Assembly (NCBI GenBank): GCA_037479045.1
Contig: JBBFLL010000005.1
Span: forward strand, 42,749-106,748
Source: Brevinematales bacterium
GTDB taxonomy: Bacteria > Spirochaetota > Brevinematia > Brevinematales > JAOACQ01
Length of the DNA: 64,000 nucleotides
Direction of reading: 5' to 3'
Part shown: piece by piece, positions 1 through 9,802 of the stretch
How positions within the stretch are numbered: the stretch's first letter is position 1
How the letters are laid out: every line of letters starts with the position of its first letter
Notes under the pieces: generated by a model
The model's database searches: none
What the model saw: the letters and a program-made list of their open reading frames with translations, nothing else
Told to the model about the DNA's origin: nothing
Made by a program: the position numbers and the translations under genes

Positions 1-1
1 T

Positions 2-1801
2 CTTGGAGAACCAACCATTGTTATGTCCCACAATAAAACCCTTGCAGCTCAGCTTTATAGAGAATTTAAGGAATTTTTCCAGGAAAATGCTGTAGAATAT
101 TTCGTATCTTACTATGACTACTATCAACCTGAGGCTTATGTCCCTCAAAGGGATTTGTATATTGAAAAAGATGCCCAGATAAATGATGAAATAGATAGAA
201 TGCGTATATCGGCTGTTGCCTCTCTTATGGCAAGAAAAGATGTAATAATCGTAGCATCTGTTTCCTGCATATATGGTCTTGGAGCACCGACTGACTATAA
301 AGAATTAATGTTATTATTAGAAAAAGGCCTATTAATTTCAAGAGAAGAGGTTATAAGACATCTTATAAAAATCCAATATGAAAGGAACGATTTTGACCTC
401 TCAAGAGCGGCTTTCAGAGTTAAAGGTGATATAATTGACATTCACACTGCATACTCGAGAGAAATAATAAGAATTGAATTTTTTGGAGACGAAATTGATT
501 CAATACAGAGACTTAATTTTTTCACTTTAAGCCTTATAGAAAAATTAGACAGAATAGTTATTTACCCGGCAAAACTATTTTTGACTACAGAAGACAAATT
601 AAAATTAGCCTTAGAATCCATAAGAGAAGAACTATCACAAAGAATTGCTGAACTTAAAAAGGCTGGGAAAGAACTTGAAGCCTACAGGCTTGAAACAAGA
701 ACAAACTATGATCTTGAAATGCTTGAAGAACTTGGCTATTGTAATGGTATAGAAAATTATTCAAGACATTTGTCATTCAGAAAAGCGGGAGAAAGACCGT
801 TTGTCCTCTTTGACTATTTTCCAGAACATTTTCTCACAATAATTGATGAATCACACCAGAGCATTCCTCAAATAAGAGGTATGTATAGAGGTGACCAGTC
901 TCGTAAACAAACCCTTGTAGACTTTGGTTTCAGGCTACCTTCTGCACTTGACAATAGACCTTTGAGATTTGAAGAATTCGATAATATCCTGGATAAAGTG
1001 CTTTATGTTTCAGCAACTCCAGACGAATATGAATTATCCGTCTCAAGTGCCGTTGTAGAACAAATAATAAGACCAACAGGTCTTGTTGATCCAGAAGTTG
1101 AAGTCAGAAAAACAGAAGGTCAAATAGAAGATATAATACTTGAGGTAAGAAAAAGAGTTGCCAGCTCAGAAAGAACAATTATCACAACATTAACAAAAAA
1201 GATGGCTGAAGATCTCACTAAATTTTTAAGCGAAAATGGAATCAAAGTAACCTATCTTCACTCTGAGATAGAAACAATAGAAAGAGTTGAAATATTAAAA
1301 AACTTAAGACTTGGTGAATTTGATGTTCTTGTAGGCATAAACCTCTTGAGAGAAGGAATCGACCTTCCTGAAGTTTCCCTGGTTATAATTCTTGATGCAG
1401 ACAAAATGGGCTTTTTACGTTCAAAAACCTCTCTTATCCAGATAATAGGTAGAAGTGCAAGAAATGTAAACGGAAAAGTAATAATGTATGCCGATAATAT
1501 TACCGAAGCTATGAGAGAAGCAATAAAAGAAACAGAAAGAAGAAGGCAATTGCAAATAGAATACAATAAGAAACATAATATCACACCAAAAACAATAAAG
1601 AAAGAAATCCACGATATTTTAGAAAGAAAAAATATAGATAAAGAAAAAGAAGATAATAGACTTGAAGAATACAAAAAGAAATTTTTAGATAAAAAAGAAC
1701 TTATAAAAGAGCTTGAAAAATTAATGTTTGAGTATGCTGAAAATTTAGATTTTGAAAAAGCTGCTTTAGTAAGAGATGAGATAAAAAAACTATCCAGTTA
1801 A
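2..1801 (+). CDS. uvrB: Excinuclease ABC subunit B (UvrB), 5'-truncated by the window edge
   Basis: The frame is open from base 2 ([19 protein letters not shown]...). It has helicase motifs ([24 protein letters not shown]) and a C-terminal UVR motif ([14 protein letters not shown]). Confidence 0.96.
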   Translation, partial: LGEPTIVMSHNKTLAAQLYREFKEFFQENAVEYFVSYYDYYQPEAYVPQRDLYIEKDAQINDEIDRMRISAVASLMARKDVIIVASVSCIYGLGAPTDYKELMLLLEKGLLISREEVIRHLIKIQYERNDFDLSRAAFRVKGDIIDIHTAYSREIIRIEFFGDEIDSIQRLNFFTLSLIEKLDRIVIYPAKLFLTTEDKLKLALESIREELSQRIAELKKAGKELEAYRLETRTNYDLEMLEELGYCNGIENYSRHLSFRKAGERPFVLFDYFPEHFLTIIDESHQSIPQIRGMYRGDQSRKQTLVDFGFRLPSALDNRPLRFEEFDNILDKVLYVSATPDEYELSVSSAVVEQIIRPTGLVDPEVEVRKTEGQIEDIILEVRKRVASSERTIITTLTKKMAEDLTKFLSENGIKVTYLHSEIETIERVEILKNLRLGEFDVLVGINLLREGIDLPEVSLVIILDADKMGFLRSKTSLIQIIGRSARNVNGKVIMYADNITEAMREAIKETERRRQLQIEYNKKHNITPKTIKKEIHDILERKNIDKEKEDNRLEEYKKKFLDKKELIKELEKLMFEYAENLDFEKAALVRDEIKKLSS

Positions 1802-2130
1802 CGTTTTTTGAAAATAAAAAAAATCTTATATTTTCTTAAGGCTTCTTTGATGGTAAAATTCTCAGTTAAATCATCTTCTCCACCTTTAAATAGTGGATTA
1901 CACCTTAAAACTCTCAAAAAACCCAACAAAACACCTTTAATCACACCAAATTTTAAAATTGCTTCTCTTGAATACTCAGAACAACTTGGCTTATAAATAC
2001 AAGCAGAAGGCAAAAGAGGGGAGATAAACTTTTTATACAGATCAATAAAAAAAACAAAAAAATTTCTTGCAAATTTAAACATATATTTCAATCTCTTCAT
2101 AAATATAGTAAAAAGCAAAAATTTTTTCAA
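1798..2130 (-). CDS. yidD: Membrane protein insertion efficiency factor YidD. Start uncertain; the internal ATG at 2082 is equally plausible.
   Basis: YidD signature [23 protein letters not shown]...RCNPL..GG. The gene lies downstream of rnpA, as in the classical rpmH-rnpA-yidD arrangement. Confidence 0.85.
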   Translation of the reverse strand: MKKFLLFTIFMKRLKYMFKFARNFFVFFIDLYKKFISPLLPSACIYKPSCSEYSREAILKFGVIKGVLLGFLRVLRCNPLFKGGEDDLTENFTIKEALRKYKIFFIFKKR

Positions 2131-2245
2131 ATAATTAATTTGAAATAAAAATATAAGTTATAAAAGATATTTACATTAATTTTTTTAAGAAATGTCTCAA
2201 ATTTATATGAATTATGTTTGATTTCTGAAAATAAAATTAAAAAAA

Positions 2246-2578
2246 TCATTTCCTCAAATAAAAAAAAATTTCTTCTAATTCCTTTTTTTCAGAAACTTCA
2301 TCGGGTGGCTTACGAAAAAGATGAAAAATATAATATCCAGTTTTAAGGTTAAAGAATTCTCGCCTGAAAAACTCTCTTAAAATCCTTTTTCTTCTATTCC
2401 TATATACTGCTTTACCGATCCTTTTTGGAATAGAAAAAGCAAACTTTATCTCTTCTGACTCAACAAAAAAAATAGAATAAAAAGAAAAAGAAAACTTTTT
2501 ACCCTTCTGATAGACGAGATCAAAGTCTTCTTTTCGCTTAATAGAAAGGTTAGTTAAAGAGAATAAACCTTTTTTCAT
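2246..2578 (-). CDS. rnpA: Ribonuclease P protein component
   Basis: 110 aa and basic, with the motif [14 protein letters not shown]. Its start overlaps the rpmH 3' end, as is typical. Confidence 0.9.
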   Translation of the reverse strand: MKKGLFSLTNLSIKRKEDFDLVYQKGKKFSFSFYSIFFVESEEIKFAFSIPKRIGKAVYRNRRKRILREFFRREFFNLKTGYYIFHLFRKPPDEVSEKKELEEIFFYLRK

Positions 2579-2714
2579 CAGATACAGTAAGTCTCTTTCT
2601 ACCTTTTGCCCTTCTTCTTGCTAAAATCTTTCTTCCATCTTTTGTCTTCATTCTTGCTCTGAAACCATGCGTGCGTAATCTTTTTATTCTGCTTGGTTGA
2701 TATGTCCTTTTCAT
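2550..2714 (-). CDS. rpmH: 50S ribosomal protein L34
   Basis: [45 protein letters not shown] moved the start to the internal ATG at 2714, which has an AGGAGA Shine-Dalgarno. The longer track ORF would run into the tRNA. Confidence 0.95.
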   Translation of the reverse strand: MKRTYQPSRIKRLRTHGFRARMKTKDGRKILARRRAKGRKRLTVSDEKRFILFN

Positions 2715-2735
2715 AGAATCTCCTATAAAAAAACA

Positions 2736-2808
<73 letters not shown>

Positions 2809-2835
2809 ATCTTTTTAATCAAAAATCGTGGAAAT

Positions 2836-2864
2836 ATTATAAATTTTTCTTTCTTTTTTGTCAA
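2836..2864 (-). promoter_or_regulatory. Perfect-consensus sigma-70 promoter for tRNA-Phe-rpmH-rnpA-yidD
   Basis: The minus strand reads TTGACA, a 17-nt spacer (aaaaagaaagaaaaatt), then TATAAT. The -10 box ends about 27 nt upstream of the tRNA 5' end. Confidence 0.6.
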
Positions 2865-3004
2865 ATAAATTTCTAAAAATTTTTGTTTGTGTTTCTTTAT
2901 ATAAATTTCAGGAAAAATACTTCAAAATTTTAAAATTTTAATTCATTATAAGACATAAAAATAAACTCGATTTAAAATCTACTAAAAAATTTTTTCAAAA
3001 AATC

Positions 3005-3033
3005 TTGACATATTTTGAAATTAAATAATAATA
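3005..3033 (+). promoter_or_regulatory. Sigma-70-like promoter upstream of the acidic zinc-ribbon gene
   Basis: TTGACA (3005-3010), a 17-nt spacer, then ATAATA (3028-3033). Confidence 0.4.
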
Positions 3034-3087
3034 TAAATTATGCTAAATTTTTAAGATTTTGATAGACAATTGAGAGGGGTAATCTTT

Positions 3088-3489
3088 ATGTATTTGAAAG
3101 ATTTTATGGGCAATTCAATTTCTGATGATGCAGAATTTGAAGATCTTGAAGATTTTGATTATGTTGATGAATTTGTATCCAAAGATGATGAAGATTACGA
3201 TGAGTATGATGAAGAATATGATGATCTTGACGATCTCTATGTAGATGAAGAGGATGATTTTATTGATGATGAAGATGACTTTGATTACGAAGATGAAGAT
3301 TATGACGACTATGATGAAACAGATGATGAGGTCTTTGATGGAATTGATGAAGAAGTTGAAGTTGAGTTTATATGTGAAGATTGCGGACACAAATGGCTTG
3401 AAATGGTTCCAGAAACAGACGACGAAAATGATGCTATTGATATGAGTTGCCCTATATGTGGCTCAACAAATGTAACAAGTTTGAATTAA
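3088..3489 (+). CDS. Poly-acidic protein with a C-terminal FmdB-type CxxC...CxxC zinc ribbon
   Basis: ATG at 3088 is preceded by GAGAGGGG. About 90 residues consist almost entirely of D/E/Y/F, followed by FICEDCGHKW...MSCPICGSTNV. Confidence 0.75.
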   Translation: MYLKDFMGNSISDDAEFEDLEDFDYVDEFVSKDDEDYDEYDEEYDDLDDLYVDEEDDFIDDEDDFDYEDEDYDDYDETDDEVFDGIDEEVEVEFICEDCGHKWLEMVPETDDENDAIDMSCPICGSTNVTSLN

Positions 3490-3575
3490 AAATGATTATT
3501 TCGTAAAATTCAAAATCCTTACAGGAAGAAACCAGTCAGTAATTTTAAAAAAAGTTGTTTTAAGGATAAATGTAA

Positions 3576-4772
3576 ATGACACGAAATAAGCTTAAGATTT
3601 GGCTGGTTTCTGAATCTGTCTTCTGGAAAGCACAAACTTATGTAATTGATTACGCTGAAAATATTTCAAAAAAGGAATCTTTTACAATAGAGTGGAGGTT
3701 CATTCCTTGGGTAAACCTCTGGAATGAACTCACACTTGCTTTTAAAGCAAAAAATCCGCCAGATATATTTGAAATTGGAAGTAGCTGGATTTCAACATTT
3801 GCAGAGATGAATTTCCTTGCTCCAATTTCTATACCACTGAGAGAAGATTATGTAAACGATTGGACACTCAAAATATCAACTTTAAACAACGAAAAAATTG
3901 CCGTGCCATGGTATCTAGATCTTTCAATATTGGTTGGAAGAAAAGATATTTTAACAGAATCAGGTATAAATTATAACAACTTCAATTTTGGAACATTTTT
4001 TGAAACCTGTAAAAAATTGGGAGAAAATTATTTACCTCTTGGGTTTTCTTTCAGACCAGAACCATCTTTATTACACAATCTTATGCCATTTTTCTGGAAT
4101 AATGGATATGAATTTCCAAATTTTTCAAAAGGAAATTTCAAAATTTTTACAGATAGAAATTTTATTGACTCTTTGTTATATATTGCAAACTTATGGCAAA
4201 ATTCAAAAATGCCAAAAACTGTTGCTTTTGCTGATTATTTTTCTATACAGGAAGCCTTCTTCAGAGAAAGTGGATTTGTATTTTTCATTACTCACTGGTT
4301 GCCTGATTTTCTTAATTTTTTCAACATAGAAAAAACCTCAAATACTTTTGATATATTCGATTTCCCGGAAGGTATTGCTGGAAGCTATCAATGGGGTGGT
4401 GGTTCATTTTTAGCTATATCATCTTTGAGCAGGAAAAAAGATATTTGTTATGAATTTATCAAACACTTTATATCAGATGATTTTTTAATCCAAAAAATGA
4501 AAAAGGAAGGTAAATTTTCACCTTATAAAGGGCTTTATGATAAAATTGACAACCCCAATATAAAAAAAATAAAAAATTTAATCAAAAACTCAAAAACATA
4601 CCCACAACACCCTTTATGGTTTTCTATTGAGAAATTTTTATACAAAGGACTCAGTGAAATACTATGGAATTTAATTGATAATCCTGTGTTTGGAACAGAA
4701 ATAGAAAATATTGCAAAAAAGTGGGATAAAAATTTAAACAAACTCTTTGATATTAAATGGGGGATAATGTGA
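3576..4772 (+). CDS. Family-1 solute-binding-protein-fold protein (sugar ABC SBP-like) lacking any signal peptide or lipobox
   Basis: SBP_bac_1-like N-terminal pattern (KIWLV...W..LT.AFKAKNPPDIFEIGSSWISTFAEMNFLAPI). An in-frame TAA at 3573-3575 excludes an N-terminal extension. Confidence 0.75.
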   Translation: MTRNKLKIWLVSESVFWKAQTYVIDYAENISKKESFTIEWRFIPWVNLWNELTLAFKAKNPPDIFEIGSSWISTFAEMNFLAPISIPLREDYVNDWTLKISTLNNEKIAVPWYLDLSILVGRKDILTESGINYNNFNFGTFFETCKKLGENYLPLGFSFRPEPSLLHNLMPFFWNNGYEFPNFSKGNFKIFTDRNFIDSLLYIANLWQNSKMPKTVAFADYFSIQEAFFRESGFVFFITHWLPDFLNFFNIEKTSNTFDIFDFPEGIAGSYQWGGGSFLAISSLSRKKDICYEFIKHFISDDFLIQKMKKEGKFSPYKGLYDKIDNPNIKKIKNLIKNSKTYPQHPLWFSIEKFLYKGLSEILWNLIDNPVFGTEIENIAKKWDKNLNKLFDIKWGIM

Positions 4773-6163
4773 AAAGAAAATCTATAAATACATTTGTTTT
4801 TTCAATGCTTGCTGTAAAATGCACAAAAATGCTTTATAAATACAGAAAATTAAAAAATGGCCTCTACAATATGATGATAGCAATGTTCAAGTTCTTTAAA
4901 CCCCATTTCAGTGAAATATTTTTATTCTTAAATTATGAAAATAAAGATGTCCTCAAAGAGGAAATGTATATAAACGATAAGGGATGTTTTGTAGGAAAAA
5001 ATATTATTTCGATAAATCACATTTCAAAAAAAATTACAGAAAAAGGAGAAATATTATACAGAATATATGAAAGAGGAAAAGATATAATAATTCCTCTTAT
5101 GAGTGGGAAAAAATTTCTCGGAATAATTCAACTTACCTGTAGAGATGATTTTGAACCACCAAAATCTTACTGTGAAGATCTTAAAATTATGCAAGAAATA
5201 TTAAGTCAGGGCATTCAATACTTAATATCAAGAATAAAAATCAATGAAATTTCTGGAATCTTAAAAAAGATAAGTGAAATAAACAAAAAATTTATCTCCC
5301 TCATTGAAACTCCAAATATGGAAAAAAGACTTATAAGAATACTTCTTGAAGAAGTCGGATTTGATAGAGTAATAATCTACTTTTTTGACGAAAATGAAAG
5401 AGCCATCCTTTATGTTGGAATATTTGGAAAAAGAAAGATACTTAAATACCGAGTCTCCCAGAAAAAATTAAAAGAATATATTTATGAAAATTACAAGGAA
5501 ATCCCTCACATTCATATACCAATAGAAATAAATTCACACCAGAAAGGTGGAGTCATAGTTGACAACTTTCTTACCCTGATTGAATTTACAGATGAAATCA
5601 AAGAATTTTTCCTTGAGTTAGCAACGGAGCTTTCTCTCCTCTTTGAAAATTCAGACTTATTCAAAAACATAAAAAGAGAAGCAATTTTTGACCACCTTAC
5701 AGGCCTTTACAGGCCAAAATATTTTTATGACAGAATAGACGAAGAGCTTAAATTTCTCGAGAAAGCTGCTTTTATATATATAGATTTCGATTATTTTAAA
5801 GAAATTAATGACACATATGGACACCTTACAGGAGACAAAGTATTAGAAATTGCAGGAAAAATAATAAGAAAAAATTTAAGATCAACAGATATACCCTGTA
5901 GACTTGGAGGAGATGAATTCATAATCTTCCTTCCTGAAATGGATAGACAAAAAGCCATAAAAGTAGCAAATAGAATACTATCCCATTTCAAAAACCACCC
6001 TATAACTATAAATGAAACAAAACTCAATTTGTCTTTGAGTGCTGGAATTTCAATATTTCCCGATGATGCAAAAGATAGAGAAACACTACTTGCTTTAGCC
6101 GATAAAGCCCTTTACAAAGCCAAAGAAATGGGCAGAGGGACAATCTTCTCCACAGAAAATTGA
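4757..6163 (+). CDS. GAF-like/GGDEF diguanylate cyclase
   Basis: C-terminal GGDEF domain (DHLTGLYRP, DFDYFKEINDTYGH, RLGGDEFIIFL) with an RxxD I-site (RSTD) five residues upstream of GGDEF. GAF-like regions lie upstream. The start overlaps the preceding gene by 16 nt. Confidence 0.88.
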   Translation: MGDNVKRKSINTFVFSMLAVKCTKMLYKYRKLKNGLYNMMIAMFKFFKPHFSEIFLFLNYENKDVLKEEMYINDKGCFVGKNIISINHISKKITEKGEILYRIYERGKDIIIPLMSGKKFLGIIQLTCRDDFEPPKSYCEDLKIMQEILSQGIQYLISRIKINEISGILKKISEINKKFISLIETPNMEKRLIRILLEEVGFDRVIIYFFDENERAILYVGIFGKRKILKYRVSQKKLKEYIYENYKEIPHIHIPIEINSHQKGGVIVDNFLTLIEFTDEIKEFFLELATELSLLFENSDLFKNIKREAIFDHLTGLYRPKYFYDRIDEELKFLEKAAFIYIDFDYFKEINDTYGHLTGDKVLEIAGKIIRKNLRSTDIPCRLGGDEFIIFLPEMDRQKAIKVANRILSHFKNHPITINETKLNLSLSAGISIFPDDAKDRETLLALADKALYKAKEMGRGTIFSTEN

Positions 6164-6222
6164 AAAAATGTTAATCAATATGTTATAATAAGTTTTATTT
6201 AATTTTTAAAATAAGGACATTT

Positions 6223-7479
6223 ATGTTAAATGACAAACCGTTTTTATTATATAATCTTTTCCCAAGACTTATAGGTAACTTCAGTGAATGGAAAAAGCAC
6301 CTCAATAGAATTAAAGAAATGGGTTTTGAATGGATATATATAAATCCATTTCATTATGCCGGATTTTCTGGAAGTCTCTATGCTGTAAAAGACTATTTCA
6401 GAATTAACCCAATATTCATAGACGAAAAATCAACATTAACTCCATTTGAACAACTTAAAGACTTTGTCAATACTGCCCATAATCAAAACTTAAAGGTAAT
6501 AATGGACTTAATAATAAATCATACTGCAAAAGACCATCCCTTCACATCAACCAATCCTGACTGGTATAAAAAAGACAACAATGGAAAGATAAAAAGTCCC
6601 GGTGCATGGGATAATGGAAAATGGATTGAATGGGGTGATCTTGCTGAAATAGACAATCTCACAAATCACGAAAGAGAAAAACTATGGAACTACTGGTATG
6701 AAGTTATTGAATTCTATGTCAATCTTGGTTTCGATGGTTTCAGGTGTGATGCAGCCTATGCTGTTCCTATTGAATTATGGAAATTCTTAATAGAAAAAAT
6801 AAAAACAAAAAATAGCAAAATTATTTTTCTTGCCGAAAGTTTAGGTTGTCCACTTGAAAACACAATACAACTTGCAACAGACGGTTTTGACTATATTTTC
6901 AATAGTTCAAAATGGTGGAATTATAAAGATAGCTGGCTCATTGAACAATACAACCAAACAAGGATTTTTGCACCTTCTATTTCTTTTCCTGAATCACATG
7001 ATACTGAAAGGCTTTTCAAAGAAGCGGATAGTGAAGAAATTTTCAAACAAAGAATTATCTTCACAGCTTTTTTCTCAAATGGCTGGATGATTCCTTTAGG
7101 CCTTGAATTTGGTTTTAAAAAGAGGGTTAATGTGGTTTCTACTACCCCATTTGACTATGAAGATACAAATTCAGACTATACAAATTTGATTAAAGAGATT
7201 ATTTCTACAAAGAAAAAATATAACATCTTATATGAAGAAGGAGAAATAGCCAATTTTCAAATAAATGACGAAATTTCTACTTTTACAAAATTCAATATAA
7301 AAGAAACAGAAAAAGCTATTTATCTTATAAACACTTCAACAAAAAGAAAAAAGATAAATCTTAAAAAAATATCGGCAGACTTTATAAAAGGCACAGAACT
7401 TATTTCAGAAAAAGAACTAACAGATGAAATAATAACTTTAAACCCAACCGAAATTAAAATAATTCAATTTAAAAATTGA
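6223..7479 (+). CDS. GH13 (alpha-amylase superfamily) enzyme, compact and cytoplasmic; specificity unknown
   Basis: GH13 conserved regions DLIINHTAKDH, GFDGFRCDAAY, IIFLAESLG and FPESHDTERL. No signal peptide. Confidence 0.85.
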   Translation: MLNDKPFLLYNLFPRLIGNFSEWKKHLNRIKEMGFEWIYINPFHYAGFSGSLYAVKDYFRINPIFIDEKSTLTPFEQLKDFVNTAHNQNLKVIMDLIINHTAKDHPFTSTNPDWYKKDNNGKIKSPGAWDNGKWIEWGDLAEIDNLTNHEREKLWNYWYEVIEFYVNLGFDGFRCDAAYAVPIELWKFLIEKIKTKNSKIIFLAESLGCPLENTIQLATDGFDYIFNSSKWWNYKDSWLIEQYNQTRIFAPSISFPESHDTERLFKEADSEEIFKQRIIFTAFFSNGWMIPLGLEFGFKKRVNVVSTTPFDYEDTNSDYTNLIKEIISTKKKYNILYEEGEIANFQINDEISTFTKFNIKETEKAIYLINTSTKRKKINLKKISADFIKGTELISEKELTDEIITLNPTEIKIIQFKN

Positions 7480-7497
7480 AAAAAACTTGCCTTATTT

Positions 7498-7526
7498 TTG
7501 ACAATTGATAAACATTGCTATAAAAT
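7498..7526 (+). promoter_or_regulatory. Sigma-70-like promoter of the rpmF-plsX-fab operon
   Basis: TTGACA (7498-7503), a 17-nt spacer, then TAAAAT (7521-7526). The rpmF ATG is at 7560, preceded by AAGGAGA. Confidence 0.5.
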
Positions 7527-7559
7527 ATAAAGCTATATAATTATGTAAAGGAGAATAAA

Positions 7560-7754
7560 ATGGGTGTTCCAAAGCATAAAGTCGCGAAAACAAAATCAAG
7601 AATGCGAAAATCAAATAGCTACTATAAGGTTAAACCTCTTGCAATGTCAGTTTGTCCAAACTGTGGTTCTCTGAAACTTCCTCACAGAGTTTGTCCTGAA
7701 TGTGGATATTACAAAGGTAAACAAATTCTGACAAGAGTTGTTCAGGGAGAATAA
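7560..7754 (+). CDS. rpmF: 50S ribosomal protein L32
   Basis: MGVPKHKVAKTKSRMRKS... with the zinc-ribbon motifs CPNCG...CPECG. Confidence 0.95.
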   Translation: MGVPKHKVAKTKSRMRKSNSYYKVKPLAMSVCPNCGSLKLPHRVCPECGYYKGKQILTRVVQGE

Positions 7755-7762
7755 TCTAATTT

Positions 7763-8779
7763 ATGAAAGTTGGAATTGATCTCGTTAGTGGTGAGTCATC
7801 TTTAGAACTCCTTGTAAAAGGGAGTTTTGATGCTTTATCTGAAAGAAAAGACTTAAGCCTTGTATATTTTGGAAAAAAAGATTCATACTATTCTATTTTT
7901 AATGGCATTTGTAAATCTCAATATGAAAAATTCAAAAACAGAATAGAACTTGTTGATGCACCAGAAGTTGTTGAAATGGAAGATGACCCTTTAAAGATTA
8001 TCAAGCAGAAAAAAGAATCAAGCATAATAAAAGGCATTCAGTATCACAAAGATGGTAAAATTGATGCTTTTTTCTCTCCAGGTAATACTGGAGCAATAGT
8101 TGTTGCATCTTCAATAATGCTTGGAAGAATAAAGGGTATAAAAAAACCAGCTTTAGCTTCTGTAATGCCTACTGTAATGGGTAATTCAAATTTATTACTT
8201 GACGTAGGTGCCAGTGCAGAATGTGAAGCAGATGACTTGCTTAAGTTTGCAATAATGGGTGATATCTATGCCCGTGAAGTGATGGGAATTGAAAACCCAA
8301 AAGTAGGTCTCCTCAATATAGGAGAAGAAGAACACAAAGGGAACAAAAGCATTAAAGAGGCTTATAAAAAGTTTTCAGAATTTAAAGACATTAATTTTCA
8401 TGGCAATGTTGAAGGATATGAAATATTTACCGATGTCGTTCAGGTAATAGTCTGTGATGGATATATTGGAAATATTGCCTTAAAGGTAGCAGAGGGAACG
8501 GCAAAAGCTATAAATTCAATTCTTAAACAGTCTATCAAATCAAATCTGCTTGCAGTCGTTTCTCTTCCTTTGTATATGGGAGCATTAAAAACACTCAAAA
8601 CAAAAATGGATCCCGAAAAATACGGAGGAGCACCTCTACTTGGAGTAAATGGAAATGTATTCATAGGACATGGTAAATCCGGTAGAGAAGCTATAAAATA
8701 TGGCATTCTTGTAGCTGCAAGAGCAGTAGAACATGACGTCTTAGGAAAGCTAACAAACGGGATGAAAGATTTAAATTAA
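7763..8779 (+). CDS. plsX: Phosphate acyltransferase PlsX
   Basis: PlsX-like sequence throughout (FSPGNTGA, DVGA, VCDGYIGNIALK, GHGKS) and the canonical position after rpmF. Confidence 0.9.
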   Translation: MKVGIDLVSGESSLELLVKGSFDALSERKDLSLVYFGKKDSYYSIFNGICKSQYEKFKNRIELVDAPEVVEMEDDPLKIIKQKKESSIIKGIQYHKDGKIDAFFSPGNTGAIVVASSIMLGRIKGIKKPALASVMPTVMGNSNLLLDVGASAECEADDLLKFAIMGDIYAREVMGIENPKVGLLNIGEEEHKGNKSIKEAYKKFSEFKDINFHGNVEGYEIFTDVVQVIVCDGYIGNIALKVAEGTAKAINSILKQSIKSNLLAVVSLPLYMGALKTLKTKMDPEKYGGAPLLGVNGNVFIGHGKSGREAIKYGILVAARAVEHDVLGKLTNGMKDLN

Positions 8780-8794
8780 AATTTTGGAGGTAAA

Positions 8795-9781
8795 ATGTAT
8801 AAGGCAAAAATTGCCGGTGTAGGAAAATATGTTCCACCGAAAGTTTTAACAAATTTTGATCTTGAAAAAATGGTAGATACAAGCGATGAGTGGATCGTAA
8901 CAAGAACAGGTATAAAAGAAAGACATATAGCTACAGAAGGGGAAAGTACTTCTACAATGGCAGCAAAAGCTGCAGAAGAAGCTATAAAAAGAGCAGGAAT
9001 CTCAAAAGAAGATATAGAAATGGTAATAGTTGCAACTTTCACTCCTGATATGATAATGCCTTCCACAGCATGCATAGTTCAGGATATCCTTAAAATCCCT
9101 TCTCCGGGAGCTATTGATGTTGAAGCTGCCTGTTCAGGTTTTCTATATGCTCTATCTATGGCAAATGCTTATGTTGTTTCAGGAATGTATAAGAATGTTC
9201 TTGTGATAGGGGCTGAAACAATATCAAGATTTGTTGACTGGAGTGATAGAAGCACCTGTGTTCTTTTTGGTGATGGAGCTGGAGCTGTAGTAGTATCAAG
9301 AGCAAATGAAAATGAAACTTCGGAATTTATTGGATTTAAGCTACTTGGAGATGGATCGTTTAAAGATATGCTTTGCGTTGAAGGTGGTGGGGCCTTAAGA
9401 CCTGCAAGTATATCAACAGTTGAGAATAAACAGCACTATCTTAAAATGAATGGAAACAGCACATTTAAGGTTGCTGTTAGAACAATGGCAGATATGCTTG
9501 AAAGTATTCTCAAAGAACATAATATTTCTATAGATCAAGTAAAATATCTCATTCCTCATCAAGCAAATATAAGAATCATATCTGCCGTCGCAGAGAGACT
9601 TAATTTACCTATGGAAAGGGTAATAGTAAATATTGAAAAATATGCCAATACAAGTGCAGCTACTATACCAATAGCACTTGAAGAGGCAGTTATGGATGGA
9701 AGAATAAAAAGGGGTGATCTCGTAGCTATGGTTGCCTTTGGTGGAGGATTTACCTCTGCTGCAGGATTAATGATTTATTAA
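8795..9781 (+). CDS. fabH: 3-oxoacyl-ACP synthase III
   Basis: KAS III motifs (SDEWIVTRTGIKERH, AACSGF, HQANIRI, GNTSAATIP, GGGFT). Confidence 0.95.
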   Translation: MYKAKIAGVGKYVPPKVLTNFDLEKMVDTSDEWIVTRTGIKERHIATEGESTSTMAAKAAEEAIKRAGISKEDIEMVIVATFTPDMIMPSTACIVQDILKIPSPGAIDVEAACSGFLYALSMANAYVVSGMYKNVLVIGAETISRFVDWSDRSTCVLFGDGAGAVVVSRANENETSEFIGFKLLGDGSFKDMLCVEGGGALRPASISTVENKQHYLKMNGNSTFKVAVRTMADMLESILKEHNISIDQVKYLIPHQANIRIISAVAERLNLPMERVIVNIEKYANTSAATIPIALEEAVMDGRIKRGDLVAMVAFGGGFTSAAGLMIY

Positions 9782-9802
9782 TTTTAAAAATAGGAGGAAA
9801 AA

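Noticed and set aside
2809-3087. Possible chromosomal origin (oriC) in the 279-bp A/T-rich spacer next to rpmH-rnpA-yidD
   Set aside because: No dnaA, dnaN or yidC gene is adjacent; uvrB lies on one side and an acidic zinc-ribbon gene on the other. I could find no TTATCCACA-type DnaA boxes in the spacer. The region is adequately explained by two divergent promoters.
3120-3360. Repetitive gatgatgaagat-type sequence considered as a tandem repeat or CRISPR-like array
   Set aside because: The repeats are imperfect codon-level low complexity inside one ORF. There is no unit-plus-spacer periodicity. No CRISPR-like array is visible anywhere in the window.
3115-3445. Alternative-frame ORFs 3115-3390 (-) and 3245-3445 (+) overlapping the acidic protein gene
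   Set aside because: These are artefacts of the GAT/GAA triplet repeats: I/F/K-rich on the antisense strand and M/K-rich in the shifted frame. They have no RBS and no independent support.
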